A stretch of 64,000 nt of DNA from Octopus vulgaris (taxonomy: Eukaryota): NCBI GenBank assembly GCA_951406725.2, contig OX597823.1:44206001-44270000 (forward strand), read 5' to 3'. Below the pieces are notes generated by a model. The model did not search any database. It saw only the letters and a list, made by a program, of their open reading frames with translations, and was not told where the DNA came from. Positions 1 through 11,667 of the stretch are shown one piece after another (position 1 is the stretch's first letter; every line of letters begins with the position of its first letter). Both the position numbers and the translations under genes were made by a program.

Positions 1-176
1 GTTTACTTTTACATTTGAAATTTTCTTCCATATTCACTCTACTACTGTCAGTTTTTCCTTTCATGTGCTGTTTTATCATTTTCACTTTATAATCTTTTAT
101 TGCAGCTAAGCTTTCCGAATATTTAAATTTATTTTATGGCAGCAAGCTGGCAGAATTGTTAGCACACTAGGCAAAA

Positions 177-532
177 TGTAGAGGGTTTGTAGGACACAGC
201 GTGAGACGACTGTTGTTATCGTGAGGCCTAACTCATCGTAAAGTCAATACCACCATGACTGATATCCAATCTACAGTTGAGAAGGCTAGCCACTGGATTT
301 GGTTAAAAAGAGACGATGAGCGATGGCTAGAAGTATATTGAGTTCTTCATAACCAGCTGATCTAGCAAGCGGGGCCTCATATCAGTGAGGAGGGCCGGTG
401 CGTATTGATGCCGTCGAGAGGTAGGCCCCAAAACAGCGCGCATTCTCTCCTGATGAACCCATACACTTGCTAGCTTCCGATATACGGAGCTTTTAACTGG
501 TAGCACTTGCATGTGCAAGTTGTTTGCAAGAT
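177..532 (+). mobile_element. 5'-truncated Hero-like (RLE) non-LTR retrotransposon 3' end
   Basis: From 177 reads CRGFVGHSVRRLLLS*GLTHRKVNTTMTDIQSTVEKASHWIWLKRDDERWLEVY*, matching the Hero-clade C-terminal pattern (GCRGF...AExAS.WxWLKR), followed by a short 3' UTR. Confidence 0.7.
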
Positions 533-577
533 ATCTTTTATTGCAGCTAAGCTTTCCGAATATTTAAATTTATTTTA

Positions 578-792
578 TGGCAGCAAGCTGGCAGAATTGT
601 TAGCACACCGAGCAAAATGCTTGCTAGCATTTCATCCATCTTCACATTCTGAGTTCAAATTCTGCTAAGGTCAACTTTGCCTTTCATCCTTTTGAGGGTT
701 GATAAAATAAGTACCAGTTGAACAACAGGGTTGATGTAATTGACTTACCCCATCCCCTGATACTGCTGGCTTTGTATCAAAATTTGAAACCA
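578..792 (+). mobile_element. tRNA-derived SINE with Nin/Deu-like central domain
   Basis: ggcagcaagctggcagaa head, B-box-like gagttcaaattc, and gcctttcatcctttt...gataaaataagtaccag core; further copies at 22266, 36088 and 42330. Confidence 0.75.
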
Positions 793-1095
793 ATATTTAA
801 ATTTATCTCAGTCCTGCTTTATACTGTGTTAAGCAAAAGATATATATTCTTCAATTACTGACAAGCTGTCTAGTCTAAAGCATAGATATGTAAATTAAGT
901 GTAATTCCTGGCTGCTTTATGGAGCAGTTGAATATTCTATACCATCATAGGAGAAGGAAATCAGGTACATTTCCTTTGAGTATCTTACAACATGCAATCA
1001 GGAGTCACATTGCAAACTGCTGTTTATATTAATTTTATATATACTTTATAACATGCTTTCTGTGTATGTCACCTTAGTGTCATGCACTAATGCAG

Positions 1096-1367
1096 TGTGA
1101 TATATAATACCACAGAACGGAGTAGACGCCAGTTGTCTCCACGTGATGTATTCCCAAATAATCTGCCAACAACTGTAAGCAATCCAAAATAACTCTCAAC
1201 AAACTATAACAACTTCTTAACAATTTCCTGTGACTCCAAGAACTCACAAACTACACCTTTCAACTTCCTGCAATTTCTCATCTCTCACTCTCAGTCAAAC
1301 ATGCTGCTACTTATATGAGTTCAGCTAGTCCATTCTCACAGGTGGTGTTATGATTCTCGCTATAACA
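1096..1367 (-). mobile_element. Possible solo LTR
   Basis: Minus strand runs TGTTATA...ATCACA with internal TATA-like and AATACA motifs; no TSD seen. Confidence 0.35.
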
Positions 1368-1468
1368 ATATACACATTAGTGAATCACTAAATCATCCAA
1401 TTATTTGGATGGCAAAAAAAATAAATATTAATGGTGAAGCGAGTCTGAAAATAGCCAAAGTCAAGCTG

Positions 1469-1521
1469 TCTTAACTGATGAGGCAACGGAAATTGCTGAA
1501 ACTGATGCGTCAGTATTAAGA
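1469..1521 (+). ncRNA. Type I hammerhead ribozyme motif
   Basis: tcttaa CTGATGA ggcaa cggaaa ttgct GAAA ctga tgcg tcag TA ttaaga: intact core, 6-bp stem I, 5-bp stem II, stem III, GUA cleavage triplet. Confidence 0.85.
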
Positions 1522-1634
1522 ATTCTGGATCGGCACTTTTTTGGACGATTATGGTCCCTGTTAGTTTATGTTTTCATTCATGTGCATTAACTACAGCATT
1601 AGAGTAGTTTAGCTCTTATTCCTGGTTATATATA

Positions 1635-1878
1635 TCAGATGTGGTGTGCAAGTATGATCATGTGATGCATATGGATGAGGACAGCTGTATAAAAGTATAA
1701 AGAAGTGTCAATCTCTAACTATGGAGGGAATCTGAGGAAGAGGTTGACCAAGGAAGACATAGGACAAGGTGGTGAAGCATGATCGTAGTTGTGGCTGATG
1801 CCAGTGTCACATAACTGGCACACGTGCCAGTGGCACATACAAAGCACCTTTCAAGCATTGGGCCTCACGGAGGCAAAG
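1635..1878 (+). mobile_element. RTE LINE 3' fragment plus part of its 3' UTR
   Basis: Degenerate ...RGRG(R)PRKT(W)DKVVKHD-like coding relic followed by gtggctgatgccagtg...ggcac sequence shared with other RTE-tail copies in the window. Confidence 0.5.
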
Positions 1879-1879
1879 T

Positions 1880-2490
1880 CTAGCATATTTTTACTGTTCC
1901 ACTCACAGATTGGAGTTGTAATGTATGAATCAGCCGATCAGTTTTTCTTTCTGAAAATCCCAGTTTATCTAGAGTCTCTTTTAAGCATTTACTTACAAAA
2001 CCTAGTGCTCCAATTATTATTGGTATGAATATGAATTCATAGTCTGGATATAGAAACTGGAAGTTTCGAAGCAGTTGTCCATAGATATCCTCTTTTTCTT
2101 TGATTTTCAAACAGATATTTATATCTGCAGGGCAGCTAACCTCTATGATGGTACATACCATTGCCCCTCAGTCCCAAACACCAATATCCGGCCTGTTATG
2201 CTTACATTTGACAGAAGTTTTGTTGGGAATATTCTACCAGTATTCCTTGAGTTGGTGTTTATGAATGTATTCCATAACAGAGGGGTTTTCTAAGTTTATT
2301 TTTATGTATGTATATCGGTCAGTTATTCTTAAGTTCAAAAATGCAGCACACTCCAAAAAAAGTTTTTGAGCAGTAATATTTTATGTAATTATTGGTTATG
2401 GCCGCTCAGAAAGTTAATATTGTTTCCACGTCTATTATTGCACTTGGAAATATAGGTAACTCACTTGACAGCGGGAATCACATAACCTCT
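1880..2490 (-). mobile_element. R4/Dong-like non-LTR retrotransposon, restriction-like endonuclease fragment (decayed)
   Basis: Minus strand reads KTSVKCKHNRPDIGVWD*GAMVCTIIEVSCPAD...KEDIY...FIPIIIGALG, the PD-(D/E)xK RLE motif; CDSRC knuckle remnant near 2470. Confidence 0.75.
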
Positions 2491-3212
2491 ACATTAACGG
2501 AGGTAAGACTACAGTCTTGGTCAGCATGTTGGTGAAAAAAAAACCTCTGAAACGAAATTCTTGAAAGCGAAAACCATGTCTGGTCGACACGGAATTATCT
2601 CCCTTTGAACGGTTCCCGTTGTGTCCGGAAAGGTTCAGTTTACGCCTGCTTTCCTTTCACTAGTCAGAAAGTAGGGAAGACTATATTTGCAACACGAATT
2701 TTCTCACATAAGAGCACTTCCCTTTTTAAAATTAAGAAGGCTTCGAGATCAAGCAAAACTGAGCTGAAACTGGAACCATGTGGTTGGGAAGCTTCTTTAT
2801 TTTATTAATTTTGCCATAAAGGCAGTACACAGAGTAAGGAAGCTTGCGGGCTGGACACGGACATTAATGAGATGAATGATAATGATACGAGGATGATAAG
2901 GATGGGGGAACACACAACAACGCCTATTCTATATTATATAAATTTCATTTACAATCACAACATTTATCCTCAATACCATCCTTTAAGTAAGAAAATGCTC
3001 TTCGGGGTCATTTTTGTCAAAAAGTGTGTAAACGTGTGTAAAAAGAGGTCGAAAGCACAACGAAATAACAGATTCAAAACTGAGTCACGTTTGCAATATT
3101 TATGGAAAGTCTTTTTAAGGGAGTCACTGGGTTCAAAGGCCATATCTGTTCTCACTTGAGGAGCTAATGCTATATATGCTTGAAGTAGTAAAGCTTTCTT
3201 TCAGGGCAGATT

Positions 3213-3231
3213 ACATGCATGCATGCATGTA

Positions 3232-3292
<61 letters not shown>

Positions 3293-3380
3293 GTGTATGT
3301 GTGTGTGCATGTATGTATGCATGCATGCATGCACGCACGCACGTACGTACGTACGTGTGAGTGTGCATGTGTGTGTGTGA
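3213..3380. repeat. (TG)n/(ATGC)n/(TATG)n compound microsatellite
   Basis: Directly visible; explains spurious ORFs 3167 and 3211. Confidence 0.95.
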
Positions 3381-3619
3381 TGATTAAAACAACATTGAAT
3401 ATTTTAATTTCTTCCTTTACAAACATTTCAATAACATATCTTTTGTATACCATTTCTTTAACAGATAAAACTTAATAATGTGATTATGTGATACACTCTT
3501 TTGTACCTTGTAGTTTGTTCGGTGGTATTAGGATATTCTTTGTTGAATATCCCAGGTTGTAATATTCCAAATCCATTTGTAAAGGATGTATAAAAAAATA
3601 TTATAATCTTTGATGACTA

Positions 3620-4361
3620 TGTAGAGCGCAACGCTGGTGAGCGTAGCTATATGGTACAAGCCGCGGATGACCTATTGCAATACACTCAACGTGTCGTAGC
3701 AGCGTGTGCATGAGTCGTCTAAGAGACCATAAGTCAAGGAAAAGATGCACTCGTATATCTGTCAGTAGAGTGTTTCTCTTCGTATGTCGAGCGAAGGGGA
3801 GTGCTGCTCTTAGTCATGGCTGACGCAAAAGATGTTGCTCCTTGGTCTGGCTGACACAAAAAAAGGAAGAAATAAGAAATGCTCTCTGTTATAAAGACTA
3901 TGGTCAGTAATGTAGGTCAAACCCTAAAGAAATGACTAACAGCACAGGCCCTTGGGGATCAAGTGTTTTTTTTTCATCAATCATCTGGTGTAAAGAGTAC
4001 TTCCGCTCGTTTTGACAAGCAACAAGCGGGTAGCTTTGGTTTCAAATCTCAGGCAGTGTTAAGCGTGGCCCCTACATATATACACAAACTGGTACGTACG
4101 CATATCCCACCCAACATATACAGGTCACAGATACGACAAAACAGGATTGCATAAACCAAGGGAAGCAATCAGTCAAGGACTGTGGTATTAATTGTTTCCC
4201 TTGTACTAAACAAGGGAAATTATATGTCTTCTGTCCTTTCTGTCTCGTTCACTGCACAATCTTTTTTTGTTAGGCCCACCAGACACACTGTCTTTCCCGG
4301 TTAAAAGAAGGTGATCGGCTCCATCTTACTCGTGACCTCAGGTATTCCACATAACTCTACA
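3620..4361. mobile_element. LTR-like element (probable solo LTR)
   Basis: Starts tgtagag and ends ctctaca (7-bp inverted termini, TG...CA), internal tataaag; flanks gacta/ggtta do not form a TSD. Confidence 0.4.
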
Positions 4362-4379
4362 GGTTAGCCATGATAGGGC

Positions 4380-5150
4380 GCTGGACGGATGCATACAGAA
4401 CAGTTTTGTCGTTCAGCGTGCATCACAGACAGGCCCGGAATTTCTATGCCACCAGAGTTTATCTCGCACCAACAATTCCCTTCGGTAGCACTGTCAGGCT
4501 AGAGATTTCTGAAAATTATCCATTGATCTCGGTTTGACAGTTCTGCAGACCAACCAGTTGACTCATTGACGCGTGCAGTGTCTCCGAGAACGTCGTCACT
4601 CCTGTCTGTCACTAAACGTCTATGGAACGTGAAGTGGTACTTCTACCGACAGGCATTGTTTGACTAGCAAAAGGCTGTGAGCACCTGATGTCACTGTGTT
4701 ATACGCCGTGTTTCGGTCTACGCTTGATCGAAGAGAACAGCTCTGACAAAAAGACAAGCTGCGAAAAAGCGAGTCTGACAAACAGTGACCACACTTTCAG
4801 AGGCTTTCGATTGCTGAAGTGTCGCTTGCAGACATCAGGTAACCTTTTTCCGATTATCAATACTAAACATAATATAATGCGGAGTAGAGAAAGATAATAG
4901 ATACAAGAGCCTGACCGGCCGCTATCAGTTTCCAATGGTCGCCGTTGAAATGTCAGGTGCTCTAGGACCCATTAATACCGATTTCCTCCACAAAATAGGG
5001 ATAACGGCGACCCGTCGTAGAAATGAGTCCCTCGAGTTAAAGTGGTTGTAGCAGTGAGTGTTGCTGGCCATTCTCCGCTGCAACCCTATAACGGTCATTA
5101 CCATGGGACACGGCTGAGCACCCCACTTGTTCTGGGATATGTGACCCACC
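4380..5150 (+). mobile_element. CRE-like RLE non-LTR retrotransposon 3' relic
   Basis: About 4880-5080 reads AE.RK..RYKSLTGRYQFPMVAVEMSGALGPINTDFLHKIG...KWL*Q*VLLAILR, similar to the CRE-type K..KY...F.P.AVET.G..G...FQR.S.A..RGN C-terminus. Confidence 0.55.
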
Positions 5151-5378
5151 GCCCCTCCCCTCTATCTTCCACTGCTTTACCCCCACCACCTTTTTCTCTT
5201 TCTTTTCCTTTCTCATCTCCCTTCTTTTCTGTTTCTTTGCATATAAATGTTCTAATAAAATGTTCCATTGATAAAAAATAAATTAGATCAAATTCATAAA
5301 CAATGAAATTATGAAATTTCCCGAATATTTTATTTCAAATTCACATCAAAGAATTTACTTCAAATTCAAAAACATATA

Positions 5379-6176
5379 AAAATTTTGGCATAGTTTCGGT
5401 TGTAGTAGCACAGATTTCCGTCGATTTCCGTAAAAAACTTTTATTTTTTTACATAAGTAATGAGAGCGAAAGAGACTAAGAGGAAGCGATTTTACGACGA
5501 GAAGGTTTCACTTTGAAGTCGGCCTGTGTGTGTTTGATGGGGTGTGGGAGACAGACAGTATGTTGTGTAAGTGAAGTGCTTCTGTTAGTGTGTGCGTAGA
5601 GACAGACATACATATACACATACACCGAGTACATACATACATACATACATACACACATACACATACATACACACACACACATACATACACACACACATAC
5701 TTACACACACACACACACACATAGATACATACACACACACACATACATGCAGACATACATATACACATACACCGAGTAAAAAATTACGATGAATCGGCCA
5801 TACATACATACATACACACACACATACTTACACACACACACACTACATACATACATGCATACATACATATACACATACATGCATACATACATATACACAT
5901 ACACCGAGTAAAAAATCAGTTATCTCTCTCTTTCACACATTACTCTCTCTGTCTCTTCACACACACTAACAGAAGCACTTCACTTATACAACATACTGTC
6001 TGTCTCCCACAACCCATCAAACACACACAGGCCGATTTCAAAGTGAAACCTTCTCGTCATAAAATCGCTTCCTCTTAGTCTCTTTCGCTCTCATTACTTA
6101 TGTAAAAAAATAAAAGTTTTTTACGGAAATCGACGGAAATCTGCGCTACGACATGCGAAACTTCGCCAAAATTTTA
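5379..6176. mobile_element. Foldback element / long-TIR MITE
   Basis: About 210-bp inverted arms (5379-5594 and 5959-6176) with few mismatches around a CA/CATA-rich spacer. Confidence 0.8.
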
Positions 6177-7329
6177 ATTCATTATTAAAATGTATAGAAA
6201 TTATATTTACTGTATGTCTTCATTTGAAGATATGAGAAATGAGATTTACATTTAGTTCGTTTCGTTTTACCGTGCGGGTTTTCTTTTTTAATTCATCACT
6301 TTAATTCTTGTTGACGGCTGAATCGCAGCATTGAATATTGTGATTGTCTGCCGTTGTAACTCGTAAAAAATATTTTTTTTACATCCAGAGACTGTAATAA
6401 CTTGTCTAAAACATTTCTCTGCAACCACAATTTTAACTACTGTAAAGGATTTCTGTAAGTATTTAAGACCGAAAGCAATCATTAATGAAAACAGAATGTC
6501 TTAATGTACAGACTTTCGTTGGAACTACTGACTTTTGTGGTGCCAAATATTTTTGGGGGTATCATTCATTTTAAAAATCCAAAAAGTGAAAGAAAAAAAC
6601 TTGGCAAAAATCATTAGCCAGTAATTTTAAACTCGGTAGTAAAATGAAACTGATAGAATATCATCCAAACTTAGGCTTAACCTTTCAAACGGCAAGGCTT
6701 TCTTTTGAATAGGGGATATTTAACGTTTAAGTTCCTTGCTTCGGTGGGATTGATAATTCAGCAGTGTGCTGTAATGTGTCGATGTATTTGGTTAATTGCA
6801 TATGTTCAGATGGAAAAGCATGGAGGTGTTGCATCTGCAGACATTATCGAAGCAGGGGACAAGATCCTTTCTTCTCTGGTCTCGTATTCCACTTATCGCT
6901 TAGTAGACTGCAGTTCACTACAAACAATTTGTTGATATGTAGCAGGTTAATGTCAGCACAGAAATAATAGTTAACTGGTATAAGCAACTATTTCAGAATG
7001 CAGTTTCATTGCTGAGTTGATTATTTTTCACTTCTTGGGTGCTTAAAACGAAGGATTACCTGTTCTTTATTATTATTTCGTTATTGAAATGGCCAAAAAA
7101 AAAAATGATAATAATGATATTTACTGACAATTTCAAAAGAGGCGATCTTTCGATTCATATGAAACGAAAACAATATTAGATGTACAAAAATAATTTAGAC
7201 TACCCTGAATGATCCTCTACGGTTGATCCTGGGAATTTCCCGAGCCCCCCCCCCCGTTTGTCAGCGCGCTTTTTTCCCGTCTTATTCCGTCAATATACGA
7301 TGCCTTACAACTGTTACACATTTTCGTTT

Positions 7330-7486
7330 CCATTTTTCCCACCGGGTGCGGATCTCATTTTTCCCACCGGGTGCGGATCTAGATATTAACCAAATAAATG
7401 CTTACCAGTAAGTTTGTTATTTTAAAATTCTGAGACGGTTATGGATTGTTTGAGCATTCTGAGACGGTTATGGGTTGTTTGAGCAT
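7330..7486. repeat. Two short tandem duplications
   Basis: catttttcccaccgggtgcggatct twice and attctgagacggttatgg(a/g)ttgtttgagc twice. Confidence 0.85.
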
Positions 7487-9362
7487 CGTACAAAATGTTT
7501 TGCTGCATATGTTTCGACTCTTTACGTCTAGAACTCAAAATCCCGCTGAAATCACTTTTGTCATTTATCTTTCCGGAGATCCATAAAATAAAGTACCTGT
7601 CAAGTATTGGGATCGATATAGTCAACTAGTTTCCCATTAAAACTGATGGATTCTGCCGAAATTAGAAACAATATTTAAAGATTTCTGTTTTCATTTTTTC
7701 AACGGTTTAATTATAAAGGTAGCATTGTAGAAAATAAAATATTTATTTTTAAAAAAAGTGAAGCTTGCAAATTGATAACTCATTTCGAAAAGTAAACAAA
7801 ACTATTTGAAAGTTTCGAAAGAAAGATTTATGAATTAGCTATTTATAATAATAAATGTCTACCGTGCTCCCTTAATAAATCAATTAAATGAAGTTGTGTC
7901 AAAATTCATCAGATCCATTCTTACTAAACACATCTAAAATTAAAATGGGCAATGTCAAATTAGCTAAGTTTCGTTATTATAAACGAAATTATGCTTTAAA
8001 ATGCCTGAGACCAACAGCTGATTTATAACAGTATTGTGGCCATACACACACGCACACACACATGTGAGAGAGAGTATAACTTGAATGAATGTTTTTTAAT
8101 GTTATTTAATAGGAATGTTGTATGTAACAATTAAATGAAGTCAGATACTGATTCATGTGAGTCATTAAATTTCGCAAAATTGTAAGTAAATCAAGGTAGT
8201 TTTATGAAACAAAAGTCATTAGAATTAACAGTATTATAAATAATAAAACTTTAAAAAGAAAAACTTGGGGACCCCAAAAGTCAATAGTGCCCAGAAAGTA
8301 ATACCTTATAATTTATCAAATGTTTGTGTCATTATATTTAGAACAAATGGATTTTCTATACACCCTTAATTTCCTGCTCCATTTTTAGTGGAACCTTCAA
8401 AGAAGACTAAATTCAAAAATAAGATATTTCCTTGTAAACAATTATTTATATAATAGCTAAGATATAATTAAAAACAGTCAACATTAGTATATGATATTAG
8501 TAAATGCCTTATATATCACAAACTGATATTGAGTAAACTGCATTCATCACAATATTTGGAATTTTGTGCTTATTTTCAGCTGGCATTGCAAAGTTGTAAT
8601 GAAATACCAGAACAATAACTACAAAGATATCAATGTAACTACTCTTTACCTATTTTATTTTTACAAGAATATTTTACCCTCTAGGACAGAGAGATGTGAC
8701 AGGGTGATGCCATAGTAGGATGGTGAGAGGGGATGTTATGTGAAGAGAAGTAAAGTTGAGCTAGGAGGAAGAATGAACAGGTAGAAGGAGGAGGAGGTGA
8801 TACTTGGGGAAGAGGTGAAGCAGTTTATCGATGAGGAAACCAAGGGCTAAGGGTAGAGGAGAGCAATGGAGAGAAAGCCGTGGGGAACTGAGAAAATAGA
8901 AAATTGAAAAATGAAGAAAGAAAAACAAGAAAAAATATATAAGGAAAAAAAGACATGCTTATAGGTTTAGATCAATTTAGAAATGTAGACTTTTCACTGC
9001 TGAATCTCTATTTAAGTATCCTCTACATCTTGAAATGTTTCTCTATTATTTCAGAATATCAGATGATTTTGGTATAACAGAATTTTTTTACTGCAAGTGC
9101 ATCATCATCAGTATTCATCATTTTTTATAGACTAATGGATGATGTTATACAAAGCAGCTATAACTCTCTTTATATAAAGCTATGGTTAAATTATTATCTG
9201 GAATGAATGCAGGATAACTTTGCATTTTAAACTTGGTTAAATTTACAAAGGAGTTTGCGGCATCTTCAAATATTGACAGAGATCTCAGTTTATGGAAATA
9301 TAGCAGCAGTGATCATACTTGTTAGGAAACAATGAAAAATATATCGTGATGAGAGAAGAACT

Positions 9363-10958
9363 ATGGAAAATGAATTATGTGAGAACCAGATTAAATGTAT
9401 AACACCAACTAAAATGATTGATTTTCCTGATGAGATGATGCTGAAAGAGAAAGAACAAACATCACACTACTGTATTATCTGTAATAAATCATTCTCTCGA
9501 AAAGGCAACTTGACTACTCACAAGCGTGTTCATACAGGTGAGAGACCATATAATTGTGATATCTGTCATAAGTCATTTTCTCAAGAAAGTTCCTTAACTA
9601 CTCATAAACGCATTCATACAGGAGAGAAACCGTATCACTGTGATATTTGTGGTAAATTATTCTCTCATGGAATTACCTTAACTAATCACAAACGTATTCA
9701 TACAGGAGAAGAACCATATCTCTGTGATATCTGTGGTAAATCATTCTCTCAAGAAAGTGCCTTAACTACTCACAAACGCATTCATACAGGAGAGAAACCA
9801 TATCAGTGTGACATATGCGGTAAATCATTCTCTGCTAGAAGTCAGTCTGCCACTCACAAACGTATTCATACAGGTGAAAAACCACATCACTGTGATATCT
9901 GTGGTAAATCATACTTTACAAGGAGTCATTTAACTGCTCACCGCCGTATTCATACAGGAGAGAAGCCGTATCACTGTGATATTTGTGGAAAATCATTCTC
10001 TGTAGGGACTAAATTAAATAAACACAAATACATTCATACAGGAGAGAAGCCATATCACTGTGATATCTGTGGCAAATCATTCTCTGATGGAGGTAACTTA
10101 ACCAAACATAAATATATTCATACAGGAGAGAAACCATATCACTGTGATATCTGTGGTAAGTCATTCTTTCAAAGAGTTCACTTAACAACTCACAAACGTA
10201 GTCATACAGGAGAGAAGCCATATCATTGCGATATCTGTGGTAAATCATTCTCTGAAAGAAGTTACATTACCACTCATAAACGTATTCATACAGGGGAAAA
10301 ACCATATCACTGTAATATTTGTGGCAAATCATTTTCTCAGACAAGTGAATTAACAACTCACAACAGACGTATTCATACCAGAGTGGAACACAGCGGAAAA
10401 AAAAAGCAGCCATATCAATGTGATATCTGTAGCAAATTATTCTCTGAACCAAGTTACTTAACCTGTCACAAACGCATTCATACTGGAGAGAAACCCCATC
10501 ACTGTGATATCTGTGGTAAATCATTCTCTGCAAGAAGTTACTTAACTAAACACAGACATATACATACAGGAGAGAAGCCATATCACTGTGATATCTGTGG
10601 TATATCATTCTCTCAAGCAGGTCACTTAACTACTCACAAACGTATTCACACAGGAGAAAAGCCATACCACTGTGATATCTGTGGTAAATCGTTCTCCCAA
10701 ACCAGTCACTTAACTATTCACAGACGTATTCACACTGGTGAGAAACCATACCACTGTGATATTTGTGGTAAATCATTCTACCAAAATAGTGATGTAACTA
10801 AACACAAACGTATTCACACAGGAGAGAAGCCATATCATTGTGACTGTTGTGGGAAATCATTCTCTGAAGGAAGGTTCTTATCGAAACACAAACATATTCA
10901 TGCACATAAAAGAAAGCAAGTTATCTCAATGATATCTGGAGTAAGTCAATCTCTGTAA
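9363..10958 (+). CDS. C2H2 zinc-finger protein A, 531 aa, 17 fingers, single coding exon
   Basis: Tandem CxxC-x12-Hxxx(x)H fingers with TGEKPY linkers; ATG start; upstream splice acceptor tttcag at 9054. Confidence 0.95.
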   Translation: MENELCENQIKCITPTKMIDFPDEMMLKEKEQTSHYCIICNKSFSRKGNLTTHKRVHTGERPYNCDICHKSFSQESSLTTHKRIHTGEKPYHCDICGKLFSHGITLTNHKRIHTGEEPYLCDICGKSFSQESALTTHKRIHTGEKPYQCDICGKSFSARSQSATHKRIHTGEKPHHCDICGKSYFTRSHLTAHRRIHTGEKPYHCDICGKSFSVGTKLNKHKYIHTGEKPYHCDICGKSFSDGGNLTKHKYIHTGEKPYHCDICGKSFFQRVHLTTHKRSHTGEKPYHCDICGKSFSERSYITTHKRIHTGEKPYHCNICGKSFSQTSELTTHNRRIHTRVEHSGKKKQPYQCDICSKLFSEPSYLTCHKRIHTGEKPHHCDICGKSFSARSYLTKHRHIHTGEKPYHCDICGISFSQAGHLTTHKRIHTGEKPYHCDICGKSFSQTSHLTIHRRIHTGEKPYHCDICGKSFYQNSDVTKHKRIHTGEKPYHCDCCGKSFSEGRFLSKHKHIHAHKRKQVISMISGVSQSL

Positions 10959-11632
10959 CAAATTAATCAACTACTTTTAAATGTATTCTGTAAAGTGGTT
11001 GGCAAATAAACACAATGTACAGTAAGGCAAACTCATTGGTATTGCTGGGGACAATATAACTTCTCTAGTACTGGTGCCATGAAAAAGTGGATGTAAAAAA
11101 TTATGATGATGAAGCATTCATACAAGACAGAAAGCATATCAATATATTATCAGCAGTTCAAAATTTTTCTCAAAGTAGTTTATGCATTCATTGGGGAGAG
11201 TAACTGTAGCGAATGTGAAAATTCATACCAGAAAATATAACCATAAAAGTAATCACATATGAAATAACAGTGTGATAACAACCTTCCAACACTATATTAT
11301 ATATATGTATAACCACAAGTGTATCTACATTGATAAGATAATTTAATTAATAACTGTGATGTTTTTAATACATTGTTTTAGGAGGACTCATTGTATTCCA
11401 TCTAACATATTTCCCCAAGGGAGAAAATGTACTATTATTTGACATGGTGGGTAAAGAGCTGAGAAAGATATTCTTAGGTATCAGAGATTGTATCAATGTG
11501 AAGTTACTATCTTAGAAATACTTATATGAACCTTGACAAAAAATATCATACTATAATAGACTATATAACTTATATAGATTTTTCTAGAACTTATGTACAT
11601 TCTTTAATGTTTTTGATGTTACATTTAAGGTA

Positions 11633-11636
<4 letters not shown>

Positions 11637-11664
<28 letters not shown>
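11637..11664. repeat. (TA)n microsatellite
   Basis: Directly visible. Confidence 0.95.

Positions 11665-11667
<3 letters not shown>

Noticed and set aside
372-460. Possible hammerhead in the Hero 3' UTR (cctgatgaacc)
   Set aside because: No GAAA with a closing stem II in the required order.
2479-2493. cacataacctctaca resembles the end of the 3620-4361 element
   Set aside because: Only about 14 bp and it overlaps R4-like coding sequence; consistent with chance.
5476-5904. Cys/Val/His/Thr-rich ORFs (also 3167, 3211, 23064, 42691, 47297)
   Set aside because: Translations of TG/CA microsatellites.
6288-6482. Possible hAT dimerisation-domain relic (LKYLQ...AEKCF)
   Set aside because: Similarity too weak to call without a profile search.
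6600-8650. First exon of ZNF A
   Set aside because: No convincing copy of the shared first exon found by eye.
10009-10533. Antisense ORFs over the ZNF genes (also 28377 and 40650)
   Set aside because: Shadow ORFs of the 84-bp finger repeat.
9470-10900. 84-bp periodicity with constant and variable segments, superficially CRISPR-like
   Set aside because: It is the C2H2 finger and linker coding repeat; eukaryotic context, no cas genes.
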